Position numbers and translations under genes: made by a program. The notes below the pieces were generated by a model. The model made no database searches and was not told where the DNA came from. It saw only the letters and a program-made list of their open reading frames with translations. This document shows, piece by piece, positions 25,407 through 36,720 of a stretch of DNA of 64,000 bases. Source of the stretch: Squalus acanthias (taxonomy: Eukaryota). The first letter of the stretch is position 1. Each line of letters opens with the position of its first letter. The DNA lies in assembly GCA_030390025.1 (NCBI GenBank), contig CM059432.1, positions 101,062,001 through 101,126,000 of the forward strand. The letters are read 5' to 3'.

Positions 25407-28044
25407 GGAAAGAAATTCGATACTGCTGGAAAATAGGCGTGGGCACTGCAATGCGAGATATGCCCACACCCATTCAAAAAGCGCAGGCAGCACGTCAACT
25501 TTGTACTGCCTGCTAATTACCATGATTTTAGCACACAGCCTAGCACTGAAGTTGCTGCTGACAGGTTGTGTGCTCAGCAGGACTAAAGTTCGCGTTGCTA
25601 GACTAAGGCTCTACTTAAAGCTAGCTGGCTCATCTTCAAAGCAGCCTGCAACTCTTAAAGCTGAGCTGAATTTGCAAAGAAAAAAATTAAAACTGCTTCA
25701 TCACGAGGCAGTCCGCACCTTTTAAAGCTGAGCTGCCTTCTGCAGATTACAGGAAACTCTTTATTAACCGGCACCGACGGGACCGGCGTGGTGCCGGTTT
25801 ATCGAAAGTACCGGATAACGGAGAGTTATATCTACCGAGGCTATTTTTAACAAAGAAAAATAAATAAATCAAGAAATGTGCAGTATACTTCCGACAGCGC
25901 CAGGAGGCCGAGTAGTGGCACTTTTGAAAACTACCCCTACTGACTAAATCGGCGTTCGCGGACTCGGACTCGGACTCGGGATCGGCAACATTGCCGGTTA
26001 TTTGAGAGGAGTTTTCGGAGTACTCGGCGTTCGCGGAGACTCGACTGCGACTCGGCAACATTGCCGGTTATTTGAGAGGAGTTTTCGGAGGATGATTTTT
26101 GCCGGTTAAGCGAGAATTCCGGATATTTGGGTGCCGGATAAACAAAAGTTTCCTGTAAAATGTTTTAAATTGCTTCAGCACTAGACAGTCTGCACCTCTG
26201 AAAGGTGAGATTCCTTCTGCTGATCGAAGTGCTGAAGCACTTTTAGCATTTAACACAAATGACTCAACAGACCAGGGAAAGGGCACCCAAGGTCACAGAC
26301 ATAGCAGTTGAGCTTTGTGCAGGGGGTCAACATTGGAAGAGAGGTCCTCTATCCACAGGGGGACCAGGAGGCCCTCCAGAAAGAAGGATGTGGGACTAGA
26401 TTGCCAAGGCAGTCACTGCCAGCATTGTTGCCCCCAGGGCTTGCTCTAGTGTCCAAAGAAGCTTCATGATCTCAGACGAGTGGTCAAGGTCAGTGAATGC
26501 ATCTTCAAAAGCTGTCTCCTACCAACTGCATCACTAGCCTCACACACTGCTCATTGCACGACCGCCCCCCGCCTTCCTCCTAATCATTCGCTTCTCAACA
26601 ATCTCTACCAAACATGAGGCACACCTCACATTCCTAGCTTCACCTCACCCCCTGGGAGAAGACGGTGCTGGCTGTTCTTGGCAGGAGCATGGCTGAGCCC
26701 TTGGCCAGTGGTGGGGCTGAAAGAATATAAGATGCTGGTATCCTTTACGTTATCCTCCTTCTCACATCCTACAATCTCTTCTGATCTACAAGCTGTATAT
26801 GGTGTAAGCATGCCCCTTTTGTTTTCCATCTCTCCCATCACCACAACGCCACCCTTGTGCCTTCCTCATTTCAGACACCCAAGAAATACAGCCTGCCCAG
26901 CCAATGGTTGACCAAGAAGAGGGAGAGAAAAAGAGGGAGAGAAAAAGAGAGGGAGAGAAGAAGAAGGAGAGGGAGAGAAGAAGGAGAAGAAACAGCAACA
27001 CTGTCACTCGATTTGACACTCCCAGTCACCAGCTCCTCAAGGTTGACTAGCAAGGCTATTTGCAGTGTCCCCCACTGAAAGTCAGCAGCCTTCCACCAGC
27101 CATGCTGCAGCCACTTGGGTAGCACTGTGTGACATCAGTAGGATAGGCAAAGGCACACACAAGACAGTCACTAAGAGAATGCACAAGGGTGATGAGTTGA
27201 TTTCTTGATGTCATATTAGATGGACAGATGTATAAAGTTGGATTGGAAAGTTTGCTTTGTGGTGGCCTTTATTTTAACATTGTGGTCAAGAAGATGTTGT
27301 GATGGTCAGTAACAGAGGGAAGGTAAGGTGTGGGACAAATGTTGAAAGGGGAATTGGGGTTGTGGTCACTGGAACTGCAGGTGGATGATTCGATCCCGGA
27401 AATCGCGGCCAGAATGGGGCTGTCTGGGTTGCCTCCTTCATTCTGCTTCCTGCTCTTCGGCTTTTTCCTCTTCTGCTTCCTCCTCCCTCTACGAGCAACT
27501 TGTCCCTTTGCTGCCTCTGCTCCATCTCCATGTAATGCTGCAGCCCAAGGGAACTGCGAGCAAGTGGAGTTTTCAGAGGCCTTCCTTTAAGAGCCAAAGG
27601 CTCGCAAATGTCCAGCAGCACTCCCTGCACTCCTAGCACACTTTGACAACATTTTAAATGTATTGCACAAAGCCACTACTCCAATAAAATGTATAGAAAC
27701 CAGTCCAAAAGCAGCTAATATGAACTTACTTGAAAGTTGTGTGTATCCCTTCAAGAAGCGCTGGCACACTCGCCGTTGTACTGCTGCATGCACGTTCGTC
27801 TGTGCATGGTTTGGAGAGGGCCTTATTAACAGCAGCAACGTCCAAAATCCCAGATGTGCGTCAATTCAGGCGTTGCACGCTGATTGATTTCACGATCTGG
27901 ACATTTAAATATGGGAAGCGAGCGCAGGCAACGGCAGCACTGCTGATCTGCCCAAAATGGCGGCGCACCTTGGCAATCTAGTCCCACATCCTTCTTTCCT
28001 GACCGGCCTTAATGGCCGGCACGAAGGGCTCCAATTTCCCGGCC
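25407..28044. mobile_element. Internally deleted Harbinger element with Myb remnant (same core as 21302-23370)
   Basis: TSD ATT (25404-25406, 28045-28047); degenerate TIRs GGAAAGAAATT / AATTTCCCGGCC; 26310-27780 colinear with 21780-23210. Confidence 0.85.
25750..26155. mobile_element. Tc1/mariner (pogo/Tigger-like) MITE, 406 bp
   Basis: TA TSD (25748-25749, 26156-26157); imperfect ~25-bp TIRs starting CAGGAAACT and ending AGTTTCCTG. Confidence 0.85.
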
Positions 28045-29189
28045 ATTATCTTTGGTCCCCGCCACAAACTCCGTTCCCTAGTCACCAACTCCATCCCTGT
28101 CCCTGGCAACTGTCTGAGGCTGAACCAGACTGTTCGCAACGTTGGTATCATATTTGACCCCGAGATGAGCTTCCGACCACATATCTGCGCCACCACTAAG
28201 ACTGCCTATTTCCACAATCTGTAACATCGCCCGACTCCGTCCCTGCCTCAACTCATCTGCTACTGAATCTCTCAACCATGGCTTTGTTACCTCTAGACTT
28301 GACTATTCCAACGCACTTCTGGCCGCCTCCCACGTTCTATGCTCAGTAAACTTGAAGTCATCCAAAACTTTGTTGCCTGTGTCCTAACTCGCACCAAGTT
28401 CCGTTCACCCATCGCCCCTGTGCTCACTGACCTACACTGGCTCCCCGTTAAGCAACGCCACAATTTAAAAATTCTCATCCTTGTTTTCAAATCCCTCCAT
28501 GATCTCGCCTCTCCCTATCTCTGTAATCTCCTCCAGCCCCACAATCCCCACCCCCCCAACCGCCCCAAGAGATATCTGCGCTCCTCTAATTCTGCCCTCT
28601 TGAGCATCTCTGATTATAATCGCTCAACTATTGGTGGCTGTGCCTTCAGCTGCCAAGGCCCTAAGCTCTGGAATTCCCTCCCTAAACCCCTCCGCCTCTC
28701 TTTCCTCCTTTAAACTTACAAGCTTTTGGTCATCTGCCGTAATATCTCCTTATGTGGCTCGGTGTCAAATTTTGTTTTATAACGCTCCTGTGAAGCGTCT
28801 TGAGATGTTTCACTACATTAAAAGCGCTAGATAAATATAAGTCGTTGTTGTTATAATCTCAATAAGTTGATTGAGGGCTTGGATCATCAAATACTACAGA
28901 CAGGTTAAATCCTGAATATTACATCACAGGGTAAGCCAGCAAAGTAGGGTTACAGTATATAAATTACTGAAAAGTAAATTTTAAAAAGATATTAGTAATA
29001 ATTCAGGTGCTAAAAGATGGTAAATGTTTGGAACGATCTCTCAAGCTAGGTATTAGAAGTAAATATCAGACATTCATGAATGAAGATGGACGCTAAATTG
29101 AGAGAGTTAGGATATTAAAGGGTTGATCTTTGTGATCTTTCTTTTGTCTCCTAGTTGCCTTCTTCTTCTTCAAATTTCCGAGGCACAGA

Positions 29190-29720
29190 CAATTATCTTA
29201 AAAAAAGCAATCATGACTGCTACCTTGAAAGTGGACATTCATCTGCATGATCATATATTGCCAGTCATTGACCACCTGTACATTGATGAAGTGGAATCCT
29301 TTGTGGTTCATGAAGCCAAGAGGCTGCACATAGATGAATATCGCTTTGGACACGGGAGAATGCTGCTATGCTGTATATTTCAGTGCCCTCTCATTCTGCT
29401 AATTGTTTTCTTTGGGAAAAGTGGTGAAGGTGAAGGTGTTTCCCCTGGTGACCATTTTTGCATTACAGAATGAATTATGTTGCCAATGTCCCCTCTGGTA
29501 ACATGAAAAAATTCTGAAGTATAAAAGTTCAAGACTGCGGTGAACACCTTCATTGCCATTGGCATTGCCATCCCTGTGTGGCTGAAGGTCAGATTCCAGC
29601 AGGCGGCACAATCTGTGAATGCCTCCCTGGTGATGCAGAGTCTGCAAGGATGGAGCTAGTCTGTCTCAGGTGCATGCAAACCTGCCTCATGTCCCTCCTT
29701 CCATCCTTTTCTTCCTCCTC
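29190..29720 (-). pseudogene. Decayed PIF/Harbinger DDE transposase fragment
   Basis: Minus-strand frames: LCRLLESDLQP, AMPMAMKVFTAVLNFYTSEFFHVTRGDIGNI, FMNHKGFHFINVQVVNDWQYMIMQMNVHFQGSSHDCF (matches the NRKGxHSxNVQ..GSxHD motif of HARBI1-like transposases). Confidence 0.85.
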
Positions 29721-29916
29721 CAGAAAACATAAAACGAGGAATAGCTATAAAATTTCTCATATTCTGATGTTTTGGCTGCAGCAATAGAAAGTCCTGCAAA
29801 CAAAATTGCAGCAAAATATTCCATTGGAAAATAACACCATGAAAAAATCACATCAGAAATCCTATCGTTGAAACTTTAACAAGAATACCAGAATCGGTCT
29901 GGCAACTGTCACACAA

Positions 29917-32080
29917 TTTTTTTTTTTTTATTCGTTCATGGGATGTGGGCGTTGCTGGCAAGGCCAGCATTTATTGCCCATCCCTAGTTGCCCTTGAGAA
30001 GGTGGCGGTGAGCCGCCTTCTTGAACCGCTGCAGTCCGTGTGGTAAAGGTACTCCCACAGTGCTGTTAGGGAGGGAGTTCCAGGACTTGGACCCAGCGAC
30101 GATGAAGGAATGGCGATATACTTTCAAGTCAGGATTGTAGGGTTCTCAAAATTCCCACATTCCCCAGAGTTATTAATAAGGGGTACCCTCGACAAAGTGG
30201 CTTCTAGACCTCGTGGCAGAAGCCTGCGACATTGAACAGAAACCAGGGCCCTGCAAAAACAGCAGGCCAGGTGACATGCCCGGGCAGATCTCAGCACAGG
30301 CTGCCAAAGGAGGCGGGGCTGGCCTCTACAGACAATATTGTATATTACAGGTGGTCGACCGACCTGTCTCCAGCCCCATCAAACTTAGCATTTATACAAA
30401 GAAGTAAAGGCAACACAAATGAACAACCATCAGACCAGCAATCATCCTCCACTTAACAAATATTTAATATCGTTAAAGGCCATCTCCTGCCATTAAAGTT
30501 AACGACCTTAACAAGCCCACCAGAATTAAACAAAGCACTGGGAAGTTTTGGCGGGCAAATAAGGAACAATCGAACAGTATGACTTGAGACCTGTGCTGGA
30601 ACGAGACGAGTTCTAAAGCCGGAGTGCTACAGAGACCTGTGCTGGAAGAAGCGGGAGTTCTACAGGGAGAAGTTCCACAGAGACGAGCAGTTTTGCAGCC
30701 TAGCAGTTTAAAACAAGCTGTTCAAGCCACACCGAGAGGCCACAAGCAAGACAGCTGAAGCACAGGAATTCTCCAGTATACAGTTCAACTGAAAACAAGA
30801 CCGTTCAACGAAAAAGGCCACAGGAATTCTCCAGTACACAGTTCAACTGAAAACAAGACCGTTTAACGAAGGCGGCCAGCGGCTCCAGAAACTGACCGAC
30901 ACGCAAGAAACCAGAGCAACGGTTCCAGTGACCATCAAACACCTCGAGGCACAAGGGCCTTATGAAACTTTTTACTTAAAAGGACTTTAAACCATATCTC
31001 AACTGTCAAAGGATTTGTTTGGTGAGCATTATCCCTGGTCCCCAAGAGTCTAACTTAGCTAGTAAAGTGGGGTTAGGAGGGGTGAGGTATTGTTATACTG
31101 TCATTCTGCCTAACCTGTAACCGTGTGTTCCCCAAACCTATTTAAGTGTGAAGTGTGTTTAAGTTTGTTACCTTTTAATTTTAATAAAAGTTATAGTTCT
31201 TTCATTGGAACCTGTGGTCTACTGCATCTTTATTCACAACCCCTAAATAAGTCCAAGTTTTGAACCTGGGGCGTGGGAGCGATTCGAACCGCTCACTGAG
31301 TCAAGGGAAAGGCTGACTCCTACCACAACCACTCCCTACAGATGGTGGGTGACTTGGAGGTGGTGGTGTTCCCATGCGCCTGCTGCCCTTGTCCTTCGAG
31401 GTGGTAGAGGTCGTGGGTTTGGGAGGTGCTGCCGAAGAAGCCTTGGCGAGTTGCTGCAGTGCATCTTGTAGATGGTACACACTGTAGCCACGGTACACCG
31501 GTGGTGGAGGGAGTGAATGTATAAGGTGGTGGATGGGGTGCCAATCAAGTGGGCTGCTTTGTCTTGGATGGTGTCGAGCTTCTTAAGTGTTGTTGGAGCT
31601 GCACTCATCCAGGCAAGTGGAGAGTATTCCATCACACTCCTGACTTGTGCCTTGTAGATGGTGGAAAGGCTTTGGGGAGTCAGGAGCTGAGACACTCGCC
31701 ACAGAATATCCAGCCTCTGACCTGCTCTTGTTGCCACAGTATTTATGTGGCTGGTCCAGTTAAGTTTCTGGTCAATGGTGACCCCCAGGATGTTGATGGT
31801 GGGGGATTCGACGATGGTAATGCCATTGAATGTCAAGGGGCGGTGGTTAGACGCTCGCTTGTTGCAGATAGTCATTGCCTGGCACTTGTGTGACGCGAAT
31901 GTTACCTGCCACTTATCAGCCCAAGCCTGAATGTCGTCCAGGTCTTGCTGCATGTGGGCATGGAATGCTTCATTATCTGAGGAGTTGCAAATGGCACTGA
32001 ACACTGTGCAGTCATCAGCAAACATCCTCACTTCTGACCTTATGATGGAGGGAAGGTCATTGATGAAGTAGCTGAAGATG
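29917..32080 (-). mobile_element. LINE-B 3' portion, split by a solo LTR
   Basis: Poly-T at 29917; ORF 31336-32145 has FINDLPSIIRSEVRMFADD; halves rejoin at CAG-GAT-GGTG. Confidence 0.92.
30136..31340 (+). mobile_element. Solo LTR (1205 bp), Ty3/Gypsy- or ERV-like
   Basis: TGTAGGG...CCCTACA termini, flanked by GAT on both sides, AATAAA at 31183, internal direct repeats; precisely interrupts LINE-B. Confidence 0.82.
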
Positions 32081-33431
32081 GGCAAGATGAACACATTCCC
32101 TATGAGAAGATCCAGGGCATCACAGGCAGCTTGATTTAAATACAATTTCCATGGATTTCAATATTAAAATGAAGCTCTCAGATAGAACTTGAGGTGACTG
32201 GAAATTAAGCAACGTGTGAGATAGGTAGAGAGTCCGGTCATGCTCGATTTCCCAACCCTCATTCGCCCATTCCATGCAGTTTTCAATCATCCCACTGGTT
32301 GTAAAAATGTAGCCTATAAAAAAAGCCGATCCCAGAACATCATGAAGATACTGGATTCTGCTATGATCATCTGTGCATGTCTGATTTAGACCTGCAGTTG
32401 TCAATCTAAATGTTGCTCCATTAGTTTTTCCCCAGGTCATCAACCTGTGATCAGACGGAGACACAATTTTTGTACAAAAGACCCATGTTCTTTCTGGAAC
32501 AGTGTCAAGCCTTTACTTTGCAATTTCCCTTGATGGCCTGGCTGAGATCAGGAACTTGCTCTATCTGGAATTAGAATTATGATCTTGTGTTCTAATATTT
32601 CATGTGTGTGTAAAAACTTGATGTGCCAAGCTACCCTGTTGTTCATTTTATTTCTCCTTCTTTCTTATGCTAAGTAAATAAGACTTTGCAATCCTTTACA
32701 TTGCCCTAGGGTTTCCTGAGCAACACTGGGGGATAAGGAAGGGGCAGAGATGGGGGGGGGGGGGGTTATTTCTGGAGATCTAAGAAGGAAAAAAGGAAAG
32801 AACCTGCATTTTCTAGCACCTTCCACAAAATCTAAAGATTCTGAGAGGAGCAGAAAGAAGGACAGGGAGGTATCTACAGGCAAAAAGGGGCGAGCCTGCA
32901 CCTCGGACATGCCTGAAATTCAGGTGGATTCAGGTCATGTCAGGCATTTTGAGTGCACTCTGCCCGGGAGTAAGTCAGGGATGAGGGAAATTGGGGCCAC
33001 TGTTTCCTATGACATTGGAAGGGTTGATTTCAAATTTGATAGGTTTCTAGGTCACAAGCCCAAGGTAACAGGGATGCAGCAGTGTCATTTATATCAGGAC
33101 TTAGTACTTACAAATTCTGGACAAAATCATTCAAAAATACCTACATCCCAAGAGTGAAGAATAGAGCGTGCCCTTATCTGACAAACAAGGCTCCCGTCTC
33201 ACCAGGCCTTTCAAACATAGGCAGAAAATGAATGAGGTCCCTGTTATATCAGTAGACCTTACAGTGATGAATTGCTTTAGATGCAATTACCTCCATTTTG
33301 ACAACATCCTGGGGAGCAGAATGCAAATCAAATATTTCTCTGAAGATTCTACCTAGAGTGTTTTTTTTAACCAAAAAAACTCTTAAATACTGTAGAAGTA
33401 AATCATGGCAAGAATACACAGTGAAGTCTTT

Positions 33432-34272
33432 GGGCTGGATTTTCTCAATGAGAAGCTTTTGGAGGCGGGACTGCTGCTTGCCGGCTTTCAATCCCGCCTC
33501 CATCAGCTTCTGGCCAACCAGTGGGATTTTCCCCTGATTGACCTTGTTAAGCCCGCCCAGTGGGCTCAGCAGGCCAATTAGGGGGAAGTCATTGAGAGAG
33601 CACGTCAACGTCTGACGTGCCATCTGTCAAGACTTCTTGAAAGAAGAAATGTCAGCGTTTGACAGCTCTGTGAAGCTGTCAAACACTGACATTTTGTGTA
33701 GTTTGATGAGTCCTTGTGTTCAGGACTCATCAAACCTTTCGACTTTGCAGAAATCACCTGGCTGTTGGTTCAGAGGATCCAACAGCCAGTCTGTGATATC
33801 TACAATGGAGATGTCGGGACTCCGGCTCCACAGCGGCTGAAGGCTGTAGGCAGAAACAATGGTAAGTGAACATTTTGTAACACTTTACACTCACCTTACA
33901 TACTTACCACTCCACTCTTGCACCCATCATTCACTTCTACATCACACTTTGACCCCTCCGACCCCCGCAGACCTCCTTCTCATCTCCTACACCCTGGCGG
34001 GGTTCCCCGAGGTCGGAAGCCTGCACTTCATGCTAAAAATGGGGATAATCCTATTGTCTGCCTGTTAACTACCTGTTAACAGGCAGTTAATAGGATTTAA
34101 TCCCTTTCCTGCCTCGAGGAGACGGGACCCGGGGCAGAACAGCTTCCCGCCTCCTGGCAAGAAGACACGGAGGCGGGTTGGGGGCGGGTTTGCCAGCCGC
34201 CCCCAAATTCTGCAACTTTACCGGCAGTCCCGCCTCCATACCCGCTTCCTCAGGCCTGACAAAATCAAGCCC
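33432..34272. mobile_element. Harbinger-type non-autonomous element, family C copy 1
   Basis: TIRs GGGCTGGATTTT / AAAATCAAGCCC, TSD TTT; repeated CCCGCC/GGCGGG subterminal motifs; shares AACTACCTGTTAAyAGGCAG with 39034-39899. Confidence 0.82.
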
Positions 34273-34757
34273 TTTATGTCTCTAGGACAAAGAAGCTGAA
34301 GAAACATCCATAACTTCAGAGGCATCACATCTGTTAATTTCCTAACTAAACTTCAATACTCGTCTCTGGTTTACAGCCCAGTGTAAAATAATCTCTGTTC
34401 CGCACAGCTCAGGTATGGATTAAAAATATTCATTTCATCCCAAAGTTTCCTGGGATGGCCATACTGAGATATTTGACTATTTTGAGATGTTCAAAGTTCC
34501 AGAGGGACAAGAATCTGATGCATGTATCACAAAAAAATCATCCAGCAAGGATCAGCACCATCATAGGCTCCTAGCAAATAGAAAATAGGACAGGATATGC
34601 TATATGGAGGATACATTGTCATAGAATAGTACAGCACGGCAGGAGGCCATTCAGCCCATCGAGACTGTGCCGGAAAGCAAGCTGTGCAATTCAGTTTGGC
34701 CCTTTATATATTGTACACTGCACAACAGATACATTAATAGAACTTTTTAATGTTATT

Positions 34758-35501
34758 GGCCCAAAAATTTGTGTTGCTACACGAGAGTACGCACTGTGTA
34801 CTCTCGCGTATTCTTTCTCCAATTGCCGGTTTTCTGCATGCACTGCGCATGCGCTGAAAACCGGCACTTGGTGAATTCAAAAGGGGGCGGTTCCTAGGTG
34901 AACCGCGTGCGCGCTACAGGCTGCGCGCACGCAGTGCACTTAGTGCTTTGAACGCGCAGGTAAGTATGGAAGATTTTACACATAAAGAAAGGAGGTGTAA
35001 GACCCTCTTTTAACAAGTTAAGTAGTTAATTAAGTATTATTTTGAATTTTTTTTAACAGGTATATCTTTTTTAGAGACTTTAAAGACAGGTAAGTTTATT
35101 TTTATAACTTTTTAAAAAGATTTTAAATTTTTTCAAAAATTTAATTTTTTGTTTAAAATGGTTAATTTATTTAACTATACTTATTTTATTAATGTGATGG
35201 TTTTTTTTTTAATTTAATTGAGGTTTAGCTGTTCTTTTGGGGGGGGTATAGATTCATAGCTTTCACAGTACTTATGTGAAAGCTATGAATGAAAGATGGT
35301 GTGCTGCCATTGGCTCTAACTGAGTCACGTGATCCCACAGCTCGCACGAATTAACTGCGCCTGTGGGATACGGAAGCCCTGCACAGCTGCTGTCCAGAAC
35401 ATCAAGTTCGTGCGAGCTGGGACTGAAAAAGCCAGCGCGCAGTGAGAGATCGCGGGGAAGCCTTACCCTCGCACGAAGGCTGCCTCACGAATTTTTGGGC
35501 C
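34758..35501. mobile_element. Harbinger-type MITE family B copy 2 (744 bp, inverted relative to copy 1)
   Basis: Perfect TIRs GGCCCAAAAATT / AATTTTTGGGCC, TSD ATT (34755-34757, 35502-35504). Confidence 0.9.
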
Positions 35502-35944
35502 ATTACCTTCCTGACAAGACAAGACTGCTACAGCCACAGATCTACTGTCTACAGTGGTAGGGGTTTCCTTTGCAATGTTTAGATCTTGCCGGTGTTACCT
35601 TCCGACAGTGCTGACATACAAGCTGTTTGAAAATCATTCATTCTTTCTTCCCTTTTCTGCTGATTATCTCCCTCCTCTCATTTCCTTGTTACTAACTCCT
35701 TACTTGCAGGACCTTGCCCAAACAACCACTCTTCATATTTGAACCGAGATAGTGAAAGAGTAGCTATTTTAGCATGATATTCTGTTATGGGTTCTTTAAC
35801 CCTTCTTACTCGATGGCCTAGAAATTGCAGTACGCCAGAAACCTGCCAGTGCCGCGGGCTGAAGTTAACGGCCACCAGAATTCATAGTGCAGGCAGCACC
35901 AGTATTTTGGTGCTGCCTGCTAATTTAAATTAGCGCAGGTAATT

Positions 35945-36720
35945 GGGGTATGGTAGCTTAGTGGTTATGTTACTGGACTAGTAATCCAGAGGTCTGGAAT
36001 AATGATCCGGAGACATGAGCTCAAATCCCACCATGACAGGTGAAGAATTTAACTTCAGTTAATTAAATAAATCTGGAATAAAAAGCTAGTGTCAGTAACG
36101 ATGACCGTGAAAACACCGGACTATCGTAAAAACCCATCTGGTTCACTAATATCCTTCAGGGAAGGAAATCTGCCGTCCTTACCTGGTCTAACATAAGAAC
36201 ATAAGAAATAGGAGCAGGAGTAGGCCAATCGGCCCCTCGAGCCTGCTCCGCCATTCAATAAGATCATGGCTGATCTGATCCTAACCGCCAATCTACTATC
36301 TATCACAGAACCATCTCCTGCATCTAACAGAATTGCACACACGAAATAGGAGCAGAATCAGGCTACACAGTCCCTGGGCCCGCTCCACTACCCACAGGGC
36401 CATGACCGATCCGAACCTAGACTCATGTCCAAATTCCTGCCCGCTCCCCGTAACCCTTAATGCCCTTTACTTCTAGGAAACTGTCTATTTCTGTTTTAAA
36501 TTTAATTAATGTCTGGTCTATATGTGACTCCAGACTCACAGCAATGTGGTTGACTCTTAACTGCCCTCTGAAATAGCCTAGCAACCCACTCAATTGTACC
36601 AAACCGCTACAAAGAAGTATCACGGACTGCAGCAGTTCAAGAAGGCGGCTCACCATCACCTTCTCAAGTGCAATTAGGGATGGGCAATAATTGGGGCTGG
36701 CCCTTGAACGAATAAAAAAA
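35945..36720 (+). mobile_element. tRNA-headed SINE with LINE-B 3' tail, split by a CR1 tail insertion
   Basis: A-box-like TAGCTTAGTGG, B-box-like GAGCTCAAATCC; 3' ~100 nt match the LINE-B end at 20885-21000; poly-A. Confidence 0.8.
36190..36510 (-). mobile_element. Short CR1 3' end with duplicated 3' UTR
   Basis: (AACATAAG)2 tail; GAAATAGGAGCAG occurs twice; flanked by duplicated (CTG)GTCT. Confidence 0.8.

Larger units (their letters stand above)
25322..28852 (+). mobile_element. L2 LINE 3' portion (25322-25406 and 28045-28852), split by a Harbinger derivative
   Basis: LTDLHWLPVKQR, GPKLWNSLP; GTCGTTGTTGTT tail; halves rejoin at AAGCC-ATT-ATCTTTGG. Confidence 0.88.

Noticed and set aside
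29190..29720. Host HARBI1 gene
   Set aside because: Frameshifts, stops and degraded motifs indicate a transposon fossil
30586..30870. Direct repeats that superficially resemble a CRISPR array
   Set aside because: Only two copies each, no unique spacers, inside an LTR in vertebrate DNA
35945..36035. tRNA gene
   Set aside because: SINE head; no complete cloverleaf could be drawn and the B box is degenerate
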